In this document: piece by piece, positions 25,856-39,850 of the stretch | Layout: every line of letters begins with the position of its first letter | How positions within the stretch are numbered: the stretch's first letter is position 1 | NCBI GenBank assembly: GCA_013265495.1 | Contig: MU058384.1 | Coordinates: 1,117,690 to 1,181,689, forward strand | Direction of reading: 5' to 3' | DNA length: 64,000 nucleotides | From: Vicugna vicugna | Taxonomy: Eukaryota | Translations under genes and position numbers: made by a program | Notes under the pieces: model-generated | What the model was told of the DNA's origin: nothing | Database searches by the model: none | Seen by the model: the letters and a program-made list of their open reading frames with translations, nothing else

Positions 25856-27050
25856 CTTTCTTTTTATTGAAGTGGAATCCACATAACATAAAATTAATCA
25901 TTTTAAAGCTTACAAATTGAGTGGCATTTAGTACATTCACAGTATTGTTCAATTGCTACATTAAATTCCAGAGCATTTTCATCACCCCCAAAGAAACCCC
26001 CTTACCCACTAAGCAGTTATTTCCTATTCCCCTCTATCCTAGTCCCTGGCAAATATTAATTTGCTTTCTTTCCCTGTGAATTTAGCTCTTTTGGCTATCT
26101 CACAAAAATAGAATCAAATGATATGTGATCTTTTGTGTCCAACTTCTTTTACTTAGCATGTTTTCATGGTTCATCCATGATAGTGTGTATCAATACTTTA
26201 CCATTTTGTGTGGTTGAATAATAGTCCATTGTCTTATACACCACGTTCTGTCTATCCATGTATCTGTTGACAGATATTTGTGTTGTTTCTACCTTTCAGC
26301 TATTGTGAATAGTGCTGTTAGGAACGTTCATGTACAAGCAGTTGTTTGAACACCAGTTTTCAATTCTTTGGGGTAAATACATAGGAGTTGAATTACTGGG
26401 TCATACGGTAATTTTTTTACTTCTGAGGAACTGCCAAACCCTGTACCACAACGGCTACACAATTTTACATCCCTACCAGCAATGTATGAGGGTTCTAGTT
26501 TCTCCACACTCTTGCCAGCACTGATTATTTGTGGTTGATGATGATGAGGATGATTGCTATCTTACTGGGTATGAAGTATCTTATTGTTCTTGTGATTTTC
26601 ATTTCCTTAATAACCTATGATATTGAATACTTTTTCATGTCTTCGTATATTTTTGGAGAAAATTGTATTCAAATTCTTTGCACATTTTAAAATTGACTTG
26701 TTTGTCTTTTTTTGTAGACTAATAAGAGTTCTTTATATATCCTGGATATTAGACACTTATCAGATAGATGATTTTAAAATATTTTGTCCTATTCTTCATT
26801 CTTTGGGTTTTTTCCCCATTTTCTTGAAAGATAGTGCTCTTTGATGAAGAAAATATTTTAATTTTGAAAAAGTCCGGTTTACCTATTTTTTCTTTTGTTT
26901 TCTGTGCTTTTGCTGTGACATCTAAGAATCCACTGCCAAATCCATGGTCATGAAGATTTACCCCTATCATTTTTTCTAAAGAGTTTTATAGTTATAACTC
27001 TTATTATTGATCCATTTGGGGTTAAGTTTTGTATATAGTGAGGTAGGGGT
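25856..27050 (-). mobile_element. 5'-truncated L1MB-like LINE
   Basis: Antisense 3'UTR 'cacataacataaaattaatcattttaaag...gtggcatttagtacattcaca'; minus ORF 26749-26970 (NLHDHGFGSGFLDVTAKAQKTKEKI) is L1 ORF2p. Confidence 0.92.
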
Positions 27051-27459
27051 TTTGCAACCTTTTAAGGCACACCTCATGTATATTTGGGCTCCTGGAGAAA
27101 TAATTCTGACAAAATAGAGGAGTTATTTTACTTAGATTTATAGCTCTTAAATTAAAAAACAAAAACATTACTAATGAGCATTCGGATGCATGAAGGCTTT
27201 TATGAAACTTTAAAATTAGTTGATACTACTCCAGAAATACATACTCTAGTCAGTAGAGTCACTGGAGCTACTGTGCCTTCCTCATTTGTTTCTGCCAACC
27301 ATCTCGGAACTAGTCCACCAAGTCTTGTACTGACTGGGTAGTATCTAAGCTATTATATCTTAAATACATCTATGGACCTTCCTACAGTCCTCAAATATGA
27401 AGGTAAGGGAGTAGGGGTTCTAAATCTCCTCTGTGATTACAGCCCCTCATATTTAATAA

Positions 27460-27680
27460 GGCTTTCCATTTTACAAAGCACTTCTTATCACAGTGTTTTA
27501 TTTGATCCTCCTACTACTTTTTGAGGTAGACAGAAAGTGTGCTTTTTCATCATTTTACACCTAAGAAAACTGAATCTTTGCAAAAATAAGTGAACTTTCA
27601 AGGTCATATGACAAAAAGTAGCAGATCAGTACTCAAAACCCAGTCCTTGGACTCTGAGCCAATCCTTCTTGCCCCCATTA
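27460..27680 (-). mobile_element. MIR SINE
   Basis: 'ttttacaaagcac...tttgatcctc...cattttacacctaagaaaactga...caaggtcatatga'. Confidence 0.7.
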
Positions 27681-28139
27681 TGATGAGACAATGTGATTCT
27701 GAAGCAAATTTATATGAGAGTTTTTTTAAAGAATTATTTTAACTTACTACTAAAAATCATGTTTAAAAAGTGAGAAAAAGCCATAAAGTGCTATTTTCCC
27801 TCTAAATGAATGTGCAGTACATATTTATGAGCTTTTAGTACAATAATTTTATAACCAAACAGCTGCTGAAACAGTGAATTTTTATGACCAGTAGCTCAGT
27901 TGGTGTTTTCCTCTTAAACATGATAAAATAAAGTTTTGTGTTACAATCCATCTATTTCAGATGCATTTAATAAAAGCATCAGTGAAAGGATCACACTGGC
28001 AGTAGAGTAAAATAAAAACACATGTTGGTAACTAACATTTTTACTCATATGTGTGCCTGATGATAGTGAACTACAGTATTCGATATTCTTTAAAAGAGAT
28101 CATAACTAGGACTTTTTTCAGAGCTACATGATATGGATA

Positions 28140-28250
28140 TCCATCCTTACTCATCATCAAATCATATACTAATTAAGCAACTTTCATATGGATAGCCCTG
28201 TGCTAGGTATTATAATAGGATAACAATATGAATAAGACTTAGACCCTAGT
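28140..28250 (-). mobile_element. L2 3' end fragment
   Basis: 'gccctgtgctaggtattataataggataacaatatgaataagacttagaccct'. Confidence 0.5.
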
Positions 28251-28309
28251 TTATAGTCAAAGAAAGATAACATACATGAATTTGGCTAAATAGATTATAA
28301 AAGTATATA

Positions 28310-28420
28310 CTGTGGTCAAGGTAATGAGCTGCCTGTGAGGAAATGAATTTCCTTTCCCTGAAGGTGTTCAAGCACAAGCTGGTCTTCCATTCAACAGCAT
28401 TGTTATAACAGGGACAGATG
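28310..28420 (+). mobile_element. L3/CR1 3' end fragment
   Basis: 'tccctgaaggtgttcaagcacaagctgg' matches the conserved CR1 3' motif TCACTGGAGGTGTTCAAGCAGAGGCTGG. Confidence 0.55.
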
Positions 28421-30149
28421 CATGGATAGAGGTAGCAGTGAATCACTCCTAAGAGTACTTCCAATTTTAACATAAGCTCTAAAATAACACAGTTTACAGT
28501 TAAAGCTATATAATAAACTTCTTCTCAAAGCATTTGCTTGCTGCTGTATTAATGTTTTTCCCTGCTTATGATTTTCTTTATTCATTATTCATATGTGCTT
28601 GTGAAACATTTTTATTACTTCTTGAATGAAACATTTTCTACCAGAGGAATAGCCTAGTAATAGTCTTTTGTAATAGTCCCATCCAAAATAAGTCCTATAG
28701 TTATTCCTAGCACCTTTCATTGGGTTTTTCCTTAACAGCCCTCTAACATCTGAGAATGCTCATTCCAACACCAGAACTTCCTGCAGTTAATGCTATCACA
28801 TTACTATTAATTACTGGATCAAAGAATTGCATAAAAACTGAAATATGGTGTAATTAGTAGCTGAAAGCCTAACTAACAAATGTAAAATAAATTTTAAGAA
28901 AATTTAAAATGTTATTTGGCACTGATCAGTACCATATAAAGCATGTCAAATTAAATAGCATCTCAATATGCTCACAATGTGTTTTCTAAAAGGTGAAGAG
29001 GTTAATTACGTTGTAAAAGGAATTTCCAAAAGAATGCATCATCTATTTTACATTGAAACCTCAATTTACCATGGCAGGAGGCCATATTACTGAACTTTGT
29101 AGATTAGCAAGTAATTGACCAAACATTCAGAAATAGTTTTCCCTAATTGTTGGTTGTTAGAGCAATATATATTATTATATTTAGCAATCCTAATTAAGTT
29201 TAATAAATTAAGGTGATCTTTGTTGTGAACTAAAATTTATATTATATGTTTTAAAGTTAATAAACATATAAATTTGCTAAAAGATTCTTGTGATTAAATT
29301 TGTCATAGTTGATATAAAACTGTTCAGCCAAGGAAATGAATATTTTTTTAAATGTTTTATGTTAGCAAAAGAGAATTACTGATTATTATTCATCCTGACA
29401 ATATTCTCTTCTCAAATTATAAACCAAATACATCTTGACTGGGGGTTATGGTAATATGCAAAAAGTTTAACTAGTTTATATGAGTGAGTTGGGCTTTCTT
29501 CCAATAAATCCTATTGGTTTCGTTTCCACTGAAAGGTTTTATTTTTCAACTTGTCCAGCTTTCAAAGGAATAAAGAACCCTGTAAGGACTGATGGATTCC
29601 ACACAACTGACAATAAATACTCTCTCATGTATCTCTTTCTCTTCAAAGAGTGCACTATCTCTTAGATAAATATCAAAGTGACTCTTAAAATTTTGACGTC
29701 TTAGTAGCAGTGATAACATTACCAAATGTTTGTTCAGACAGGCAGGCTTGTAAAATTTCTATTTAGCCAACATAACTCCTATTGACTCCAACTAATTTTC
29801 CTAGCACACTTCCTCTATCTTTTGCTGTTTCTATATATATCACAGCAAAACTGGTGATAACTTAATATAATCTGTTCAGGCACAGTCTGTCCTAGCTACT
29901 GTGTAATAGAAATAATTGGTATTTATAAATGTCTACAGATATGCAAAAGACTAATAAAAAATTTGGGTAAAACTCAAAATGGTTCTTGTATTTATAACCT
30001 GAATCATATTACCGTTTTAAAAGGCAAAGTATGATTAATTAGTTCACAGGCATTTTTAAAAGTCATATTAAATAAACAGTAAACCAAACCAAGGGAGGAA
30101 GACACTAAAAATTAAGTTGTTATACTGGTTCTACTCTTTTTTATATATC

Positions 30150-30690
30150 AGCATATAATCTTTGAGTTGCTGTAAAAGTCAAAGTAGCTCAAACTAGAAG
30201 GGAAATATATTGGCTCAAGTGACCAAAATGTTCTGAACTTCCTTTTCTACTTTCAGAAAAAGCTTGCTTTGGCAGTTTCAGTGTGTGACCAGGAACTCTT
30301 TCCTTTCTCTGATTCTCCGTTCTGCCTCCTTGATGGTAGCTCCTTTCTTAGCAGATTTCTGTCTTCGTGGCCCCCATTGTCTCACAGTGCACCCCCACCC
30401 CGTCTCTCCTCTGTCTCATTTGTGTCACACAGAGAAGACTAAGAAAGCATCTTTTCCAGAAATCTTAGAAAAGATCACCCCTCAATTCGTTGGACACGTT
30501 TGGAACATATGTTCCTGAATCAATCACTCTGGTCAGAGGAATTATCTTAAGCCAATGAGGCTTTACTTCTGTAGCTGAGGAAGGGCTCGACTTCCTCTGA
30601 AATATATGGCTGCATGAGGAAGGACAAAACTGGGATATACCTTTATCAGGAGAAAAGAATGGATACTGGCTGACCAACACAACAGGTACA
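30150..30690 (-). mobile_element. MLT1K/L-like MaLR LTR
   Basis: 'ctcaaactagaagggaaatatattggctcaagtgacc' and 'ttcctgaatcaatcactctggtcagagg'. Confidence 0.55.
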
Positions 30691-31289
30691 GGAAACTTGT
30701 GTTGTACGTCTTGGCTTTTCCACTAATCCTCTCCTCACCTTTAACTAATTAATAGAAATGGCATTTTGGTTAAGATCAGAGATCACAAAACTTGTGTGCT
30801 AATGATTCTCATCCCTCCCATCTAGAACCACATCACCAAATGTGTGTGTTACAAGAAGCTGCCTCCCACACCACTGAGTGGTCCAACATCCATGGAAAAT
30901 GACCAATGAAGTTGCTGAATCACAATCCTATGGATAATACACTCCACTGGCTAATTCTTAAATAATAATCATAAATTTTAGGTGATCTTTTCTTCAAGTA
31001 TAGACCAAGGTAAAGATTCACAGAGCCCCTCCACTAAATAAATCCTCTTCTACAACTCCCTGATCGTTCCAAAGAAACCTGTAGGCCTCAGTGCCTCAGT
31101 TGTACGTTCTGTGGTTTTCTAACATGGCCTCTGAGCCAATTAGCATGAATCCTAATATGCATCAATGGCCAAACAAAATATGTGAATAAGATGAAAGATA
31201 CTGGTAATTAACCGGGTATTAGGATGTCTGTGAATTCAGGTTCTCTGTGGCAAATCATATGTGAGGGGGCTCCGCTAAGTAGGAGAGAG

Positions 31290-31781
31290 GTCACTCACTC
31301 TTCTATTTGTTCCTTCAGATTCACACTCCACCTTTCTTCACCTTGGCCTATGCTCTGGTAGCGAACCCTGTATGGGTTGTATCTATTCCATTACACCTCT
31401 GATTTCTCATTAGGCTTGGCCATTAGCACCAGCAGGAAATATGTAGGAGGATGGAGAGGGGCATCATGGATATTCTTTCTCCAGCTCTCTCTTCTAGTAT
31501 TTCACCATGAGTTGACTGTGTCCCTCTCTAAAATCCCACAGTTCTTAACAAGTGGCCTTCCCCTAGAGAGCTTTCCTCTCTGGTTCCAGTAACTGCTCCT
31601 TCTACCTCCCCTGTAAGACTTACAAATGTTGGGAGCTCCTCACTATGACTAGCCTGAGGGTTGGGTTGTTGGATTATTTAGGCCGTCCACACACTTTTGT
31701 ACATAATCTGCTAACTAAACTCACTCCAATCTACCCAGTGGAATATGCCATCCATTTTCTGCCAGGACCATGGCTGATACC
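31290..31781 (+). mobile_element. LTR33-like ERVL solo LTR
   Basis: 'ttccttcagattcacactccacctttcttcacc', 'ctctctggttccagtaactgctcc' and terminal 'tatgccatccattttctgccaggaccatggctgatac'. Confidence 0.7.
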
Positions 31782-31849
31782 AGGGTCAACTGGGTTATGG
31801 GAATAATAAGGGAAAGAACAAGTTGTGCTCAGCAAGACATTGGAATGAC

Positions 31850-32200
31850 CTGACTAGAGGAAACATTACAGAAAGCGAGAAATACAGTTGAATAACCAGG
31901 AGAGGGCCAGATGGTAGAGCCCCTAAATCCAGAGGACTTTAGAGTTTGGTTGACAAGATTTTAAAAACTAGAAAACGTTTTTGAGGATGATCAGAGCATG
32001 CTGAAAATATCATTAATGGTATTTCTTTTGTTGTTCAGGGTGAACTGGTGATGGAAAAGACTTCAAAATGGAAAGAAAGTTTAAAAGCTCCTTAAGACAT
32101 GTAGGCAAAGACTGCAAAAACTGATAGATGCCTGAGTAGTGGGTCGATAAAGAGGAAAAGTGAAGAAGGATGGGTGCACGGGATCTTTCAATTACGGAGC
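31850..32200 (-). mobile_element. L2 fragment
   Basis: Purine-rich antisense L2-like sequence 'agggccagatggtagagcccct...gaggactttagagttt'. Confidence 0.4.
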
Positions 32201-32659
32201 ACTGAATACAGAACAGGAGAGGAGGGTTATAGAGGGTAATCATATAACTTATCCTCCAAAGCAGGACACCTCTGGAAGTGATCAAAGTTCCACTGATACA
32301 TAAGACAAGACAATAGATGTATGCTGGCTGCCCCCATAAAACAGGGGCGGATAGTGACCCTAGCAATAAACAAAACATCCCAAGATAGCAACCCTGAGTT
32401 CTTTAGGAATTGATTGCATTTGGTGGGGACAAAGAAATTAAGCAATAAAGCCAATTATGCGAAAGTGGAGGAGACAAATAAAAAGCCATTTGGGGAACAG
32501 AAAGTTGGAAATGGCCAGATAGCATACAGGACCAAATTCATGATCAGTTGAGAACACAGGATGAGAAACAGATTTGAATCTTGTCAACATAAAGAATGGA
32601 TCTGTTCAACCAAAAAGATAATTCCCCTGACAGAAATTCCTTCTCTCTTAATTATTTAT

Positions 32660-32795
32660 GCCTGTGAACTATTTCCTCTGCTGCAGAGTAAGATCCTGAA
32701 GGGCAGGGCCAGATCCTGATTCACTTTTATAAATCACCAGGCTTGGCACAGTGTTGTATATCTAAAGATACTAATAAATGTTTATTGGGTTCAAG
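32660..32795 (+). mobile_element. L2 3' terminal fragment
   Basis: 'agagtaagatcctgaagggcagggcc...cttggcacagtg...ctaataaatgtttattg'. Confidence 0.6.
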
Positions 32796-35700
32796 GCTTG
32801 CTTTACTTAGGCCCGTTTAACAGCATATCTATTACCATGTCTCTTATGCCACCATGCTGCCATTCCTCACTCTTTATCTAAACAAATGCCACTGCTACTC
32901 AATCCAGTTTGCCATCTAGAAATGAGAAGAGTCTAAGAATCAGGGTCTAACCAAGGACTGAGCTCTGGCAAGATTCCTGTGTCGCTTGAAAGTGAGCCAG
33001 AACATAAATTAGCTGTGTTGTACATAGACGTCTTATAATACTGTCCAGGCAACGGAATGGGCAATAGTTTTCATTGGGGTACTGGCTAAATAGTGTTATA
33101 TATTTAAATGTTGTTCTTTTTTTAATCTCTTTTTTATATTTATTTTTGAGGTATTGGGAGATGTTATTCTTTTTTTCCTTGTAATAAAATGAATGGCAAA
33201 AATTTCTATGCTTTTAATACTTTGATCTCAGATTAATATTTGACCTCTAGCAAGGTGAGTAGTCAACTGTCTACTTATTCCTATATTTTTAGCAATTGGT
33301 TTTATATATATACATAATCTTCCCTATTCATTTCACTTTTTTAAAAGCAGCTGCCATTTATTTATTTGTCATAAAACCTACTCCCCTGTTCCGCATCCAA
33401 CAAATATGAAGTAATGCAGATAGAGCCTTTCATTTATCAACTGGTAGAAGTTTAACAAGTATTTGAAATGGTGCTAGGTGAAAAGCAAGAGGTATAGATT
33501 TAGAGAATCAGAAAACACAAAAATAAATTAACAAAACATTGTCTTTGACCCCACAGTGTTATAAATTTTTATGGTGACTGACTTACATGATTCTTTTGCC
33601 ACAATATTATTTAACAAAAGTAAAAATTTCTTAAGCGTTATAAAATCTCTTTCTCTGTCTCCCTCCTGTCTTCCTTTCTTCCTCATATTTGTCATCTATT
33701 TTCAGACCATGTCAATACTGAATATTCATTAATTTTCAAAGTCCTGGGTTTTTGCCAGTTTAGATTTAGTTGATGTTCCATTACACTGTTGAGCAGATTT
33801 CATGGTTCTCTAATCAAATTAGCTCACTTCTAAACACAAACATTTTTATAAGATACTTGCCCAAAGCAATTGTGACTTAGCTCCCATCTTACTTTTTAAA
33901 TAAAAAATTGAACAGCGGGTTATTAAGTTCAGTACATCACCTGCTGTGCAAAGAGACAGACGCACCAGAGCTGCAGCCAATCTTCCTACAGCATACACTG
34001 TAGTTCACACAGTGTAATGCACACTGTAGATCAGAGAGTTGTTACACCACTAATATTCAAAGCCCCCTGGATTTCAATTATACTTTATTTATTATCTTAG
34101 CTGCTCCACCATTTGCAATGCATAGTAATCTTCTACACATTCACTGCTACTTCCTTAATGGTTGTGAAGTATCTTCTATGATGCATTTTGTCATATAATA
34201 TTAGGTTTACTATGCAAAACACAGCTAAATCTTGACAGGCCCCATAAAAATCCATCCTAAATGAACCATTATATTGTATGCTGTCAATGTACACTAAGAA
34301 AATACAGTCACTCCACAAAGCTTGCAGAAGCAGCAGAAAATAGTGAGTAATGTAACTTCCAAAAAAGAGTCTGCAACTACATATTTGCACTTGACAAGAC
34401 ATATTATCCATCAGGATATGGGGTGAGGATAACTGGGGACATAGCAACAATTAATTAAAATTCAATTCAGTCCATAAAGTAGTTTTTGAATTCTTATGGG
34501 GAATTAACTTTTTGGTAAGACCTGGATTCTGCTGTCTACAAGTTCAGCCAATGCATATGGAAAACAAGAGGTACACATATGACTATAATCAAGACCAACT
34601 ATTAGGTTTGATGTAACAGAAGCATAAACAACAGACTACACCAGAACCAAGCAGAGGGAGTTAATTGCAGCCTCTGGGGCTCTTGGTAACTGATGAGCTC
34701 GTGATTCCCAGGTCCTATTAGTCTTCTCAAGGGTTCCAAAATACATTGCTGTGAACTTACTATGTTGGAATCATGGGGAGAAGCAAGGTCGTTATTATCA
34801 CATCTAAAAAGTGTATCTTATGGTAAGACATTTATACATTAAGTGGAAAATTCTATTCAGCAATATGGTCTGATAGTGTGGTGACTCTTTAAAATCTATC
34901 TAGGCTTCAGTAACTTTAAAATTGCAAGTTTTACCATAGATTTAACCTATATTCAGACACAGGGTATATCCTGTGTGTACTAACACACAAAGTGGCTTTC
35001 AATGGGTAGATTTAGAACCGAAATGACATCTTTACTATCATCTTTTTTTCTTTTCATTATTTTATTTGAGATTAGGTATTAAAGGATCTCTTGCTACAAC
35101 ATATCTGGAAATGCTGGTTAAAATAAAAATAAATGTGATTTTAAATAAATTGAAGAAAGTAAACAGTGTCAAAATTTTCACTGGTAAATTAAAAGGTTTT
35201 AGGATGCCAAACTGGGAAGCTGCATTAAAGTTGCCAAAGTCCCAGGGTACTTGCTCCAAATAATCTAGAATCTTGACTGTTAAAAGCAAAGCCAGAAAAT
35301 AAAGACAAGACTACAGATCCCAAACATGGAAAGACGAAACTAATCACTTGAATAAAATTGGGACATTCAAAGGGTTTCAGCTTCAGTGCAAAGATGGACT
35401 ACGAAAGTTCACCTTCCAGAATGGAAATATGATAAGAAACTTTTCTGACTTAGAGAAGACTCTGATGGGAAAATGAAATAAAATTTTTAAAATTCTCCTT
35501 TAAAAATTTGTAACTTGGGCCTACTCTCACACTGATAGAATTTGAATGTATATTTCTTGCAAGTTTAAGTTAAGAAATTAAGTTATAAAGTTAACTTAAG
35601 TTTGTCCTGTGTTGGTACCTCCTAAGGCTCTCTCTGTAAGGATTCACAACCACTCAGATTTCATATGACACAGAGAGATAAAGCCCAGCTGGACATGAAC

Positions 35701-35904
35701 TCATTATACAGAAAGATATATGTCAACATGAGGAAGAATAAGCAGAAAGAACACATGGTGAATTAGAGAACCATGGAGTTTCGACATTCCAACTACTACA
35801 TACAGATACTGGAGTAACTAAATTTAAATTTTTTTAAGTGAGTGAATCTAGACCATGAGTCAAAAATAAGATATCATCCAGCAAAAGCAGAAAGATTAAA
35901 AAAA

Positions 35905-36320
35905 AAGAAATTGAATATGTCTAAGAGTATATAAAACATGTATGTTCCCATCTATGTAACCACCAACCAATTTTTAATAAAGAGAGCATTTCTAAAACCT
36001 TACCAGATCCTTGTATGATCCTTGCCAATCAAGATCCTTGCCTCTACACCATAATAATCACTACCTTGACTTATAGCATAATTATTCCCGTAATTTTACT
36101 TACTTTTATTAAGCAAGACAGTATTTAATTTTGCTTATTTCTGAACTCTACATACATAATACTGCACTTCATTCATTTGGTTATGTTCTTATTTTGCTCA
36201 AAATTATTATTTTTGGAATCCATTTATGTTCACATTTATAAGTATAATACATTCACTTGTATTACTGTGTACTAATTCTTTATAGTGTCTACTACGATTA
36301 ACCTGTGAATTATAGTGTTG
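35905..36320 (-). mobile_element. Old L1ME-like 3'UTR fragment
   Basis: 'ccatctatgtaaccaccaacc...gagcatttc...aatcactaccttgactt' is an antisense L1ME 3' end. Confidence 0.55.
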
Positions 36321-36329
36321 ATGAACCCA

Positions 36330-37068
36330 AACAGAATTCCAGGAGTAAAAGTATAAACATCAACAGCAGTTAACCAAAAATTGGTTAAATAATGTAAAAT
36401 AATATTACATAGTTAAAAGTCATGTTAAACAGAACATTTGATTAATAAGAGAATTTCTAAACTGGAAGATAAATCAATAGAAATTATGTAGAATGCATCA
36501 GAAAGAAACGCAGCAACATTTAAAAGCCATGAAGGATAGAACAAAAAGGTATGTTAACATATATTTAATCGGATATCTAGGAAGTGAGAATAAAGACAAC
36601 TGGGGAAAGGTAGAATGTTTTAAAGGCAGAGTTTCTCAGAAATTAAAAAAAAAAAAGAAATGAACATTTACATATAAGATGCACAACAAATAAGAATCTT
36701 ATCCAATGGCAGAAACTTAACTAAGAGAAATTCTAAAAGATATCATTTGGGGAAAAAAAGAAAATTATCCAAGAAGGAAGATCCAAGAGACGGAATGGTG
36801 AGGAAAGTTACTGATACATAGCAGAGTAATCTAAATAAACATTTAGTACACAAAATAGTAGCAGTGCTTAATTTATAGAATAAAGAGAAAGATTAAAATC
36901 CGGCACAAGATTAACACTTATGATGTGTGAAAGTATGAGTAGAATTCAAGTGTCCTTTAATTCTTGGATTATTCAGGAATCGAGTGAACTTAAACTTTAA
37001 TTTTGTTTAAATTATAATAAAACTTCCAAATCTAAGTTGCTTTAAGAAAGGGTAATAATGATAATAAT

Positions 37069-37106
<38 letters not shown>

Positions 37107-38045
37107 GCATTAGAAGCAGTAGCACTGGCAATAATAAATAAAAATAATCCCAGGAAGGCAGGAAGCAAAACAAAATGACCAAAAAAGTATGTAAACAGAA
37201 TGCTGTAAAACTAATTCAAAATATATCAGAAATCACAATAAAAGTAAGTTGACTCAAGTATTAATAACAAAGATAGTCAGGTTGTCAGAATTAAAATTAG
37301 GAAATCCTGTTCTCTGCTACTTATAACAGCTACTCCTTAAAATATTACAAGTTTTAAAAAGAATGAAAAAGTTTATACCAGGAAACACTAAATAAAAGAC
37401 AGCTGATACAGTCATAATGTGGCATCAGCAGGGATGTGGAATCTCAATGCATAATGTAAAGGATGCTAAAACCAGGAGCTAAAACAATTCTAAACTCATC
37501 TGAAGTAATAATATAGGCTCAAATAAGGCAAAACTGATGAAAGATAACAAAAATGTAATTTATAGTTTTAGTGAGAGGATTTAAGACTTCTTCTAATAAT
37601 CAATGTCTGAAGGAAACAAAGAATTAGTAATAATATATAACTAGAAAATGTAATTAACTTGGCATAATAGACATATGTAGAACCTTAAAATTAGCATCCC
37701 TTTTCAGCATATGCAGAACATTTATGAAAACTGACAACCTACCAGGACAAGAGAAGAAGTGAAATGAAGATCACCGTCACTGACAGGGTAAATAGCAACA
37801 ACACCAACAACAAGCTTTCAAGAAAGGGCATATTTTTGGATATTTGAGGACATTTTCCAAATAGCAGTATCAACAAATTAATCATAATGAAAACTTAAAA
37901 AGATTTAGACATCAATGAAAATGGAAATACTATAAATAGAAACTTGTGGGACAGAGCTAAAGTAGCTTTTGAAAATAAATATAAAGTTTAAATGCTTCTC
38001 TTAAAAGAAGAGGAAAGGTCAAAAAGAATTAAATATCGATCTTAA
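36330..38045 (+). mobile_element. Highly decayed old L1M (ORF1 and ORF2 endonuclease region)
   Basis: A-rich strand; 'aactggaagataaatcaatagaaattatgtagaatgcatcagaaag' (ORF1) and 'aaacttgtgggacagagctaaagtag' (ORF2 NLWD.AK). Confidence 0.65.
37053..37106. repeat. (TAA)n microsatellite
   Basis: Visible trinucleotide run with minor interruptions. Confidence 0.95.
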
Positions 38046-39094
38046 GTACTCTTTTACAAGGCCCCCCCAATTCATCCTGGTGTACAAATTTCAATTTTGA
38101 TTTTATGATCTCAAGTTCCTCCTTCTGTTTTGACTTAGCTTATATTCAAACTATTTCCTTCGACCTGAGATGGTCTTCAATGGACTTAGTCACACCCCTT
38201 CATGAAACTTCACAGCCCAGCCTTCACCCAGTTGCACAATCTTAGCCTTTTATTTTTTAAAATCAAATAAATGAACCATCTGTACAACCAATCTATCCCT
38301 TTCTTCCAAGAATCTGCATCTGTCCCAACCTGTCTTGGGTCTTAATAATCTGGTAGCATCACTGATAGCACTGTATGAAAAAAAAATCTTCTAGCGGACA
38401 TAAAGAGATGAAGAAATACACCACCTGAATTTATACGTGTTCATTTTCCTGAAGATAACTGAATTCTGAGAGTTTGCTTTCAGACATTTTCTTTGCAATG
38501 ATAAAAAAGAACATCTTTCTTAGTCTTTAAAAAAAAAAATTAGAAGACCCTGCCTGAGGAAATCACTGCACGTTTGCCTTAGACTAAATTCAGAACAGGA
38601 AAGGTAACCTCACATTCTCATCTTTGTGCTAGAAGAGCAAGAACACATTTTCTTTATGCAGTAACTATGAAGGATAAGCTGGTGAGAATTTATCTTTTCC
38701 TTTTTTTTTTTTTAACAATTCCCAGAGGAAGTAACAGATACTAATCACTCAGTACAAAAGCTCCAGTGGGCACTCCATTTTGTGTTTTAATATGGGAGCT
38801 CATCCTACCTTCTTTAACTGAACTGGAATAAAACTTATAAACTAAGCAGTTCCAGAAAACTCTAAGTAACCCTCTTCAAGATGAGTTTGTCTATGTAAAT
38901 AAAACCATGTGCCCTGCTCAAGTTAAACATTATGCTCTATCCTTTACAGAAATCCAGATAAATCTCTGGTGAGAACTTTTTGTTGTGTTGTGCAGTCATG
39001 TATATTAATGTGTTCCACTAAGATAATATGTTACAGATAAACGACAAAAGAGCACCCTGCTACCAGTTCCAAAAATACATACTCATCTACACTT

Positions 39095-39340
39095 AATATT
39101 AGTTTACATGTATAGACTAGCTCAGGATCAGGCATCACCCTCAGTATTCTGCATATATTAATTTATTTACTCCTCAAAGCAATCCTGTGGTATAGGTTAT
39201 ATCATCCTCATTTTACAGATGAGAAACTAAGGCACAGAATGGTTAAGTAATTTGACAAAGGTAAGCAGAAAGTGGAAGAGTTAAGAATTGAATCCAGGTA
39301 GCTGGGCTTTAGAGCCTGTGCTTTGAATTTTATTACTTCT
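39095..39340 (-). mobile_element. MIR SINE (well preserved)
   Basis: 'cctcattttacagatgagaaactaaggcacagaatggttaagtaatttgacaaaggt...attgaatccaggtagctgggctttagagcctgtgct'. Confidence 0.88.
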
Positions 39341-39619
39341 ACCTTCATTTTGAATTTCTGTGGGCATCCTGGTAGTCGATATTAAAATATAGACATTAAT
39401 TTGCTATCTAAGTTATACAAAGGTTTCTGAGATTCATCTAATATTACTATTATCCACCTTGTCCCAGCTGCTTCCTCCGTTACTGTATTTTCATCCTAAG
39501 CCATATCGTATCTGCCTTTACTGGGGACCTGTTGGTATTCAGTACGTAATTGTTCTGAGTTAAGAGGTACCATTATGTGAACTATAACATATTTTATTGA
39601 TTCCTGTAACTATAGTTTG

Positions 39620-39850
39620 AGTAACATATAAATAAAGGCCCCAAGCTTTGGAATAAAACTCTATAAATTCAAACCCAGCTCTTCATGTCTTGCATATTTG
39701 GAGGTATAACAGCCTCACTAAGCATCAATTTCCTCTTTTGCAGAATATTGATATTAACAGTACTGACCCCACAGAGTTGTGATGAATAAATTCCATAACA
39801 TAGGAAGAAGTTCAATAAAGTTTATGTGACTCATAAAGCGCCCAATACTT
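39620..39850 (+). mobile_element. MIR SINE
   Basis: 'gctttggaataaaactc...ttcaaacccagctct...ctaagcatcaatttcctcttttgcagaat...cacagagttgt'. Confidence 0.65.

Noticed and set aside
27389..27403. Plus-strand 15-nt microexon-like segment (SSNMK); similar pairs at ~2070, ~4220 and ~33240
   Set aside because: Such close acceptor/donor pairs occur repeatedly on both strands here, which shows a high chance background.
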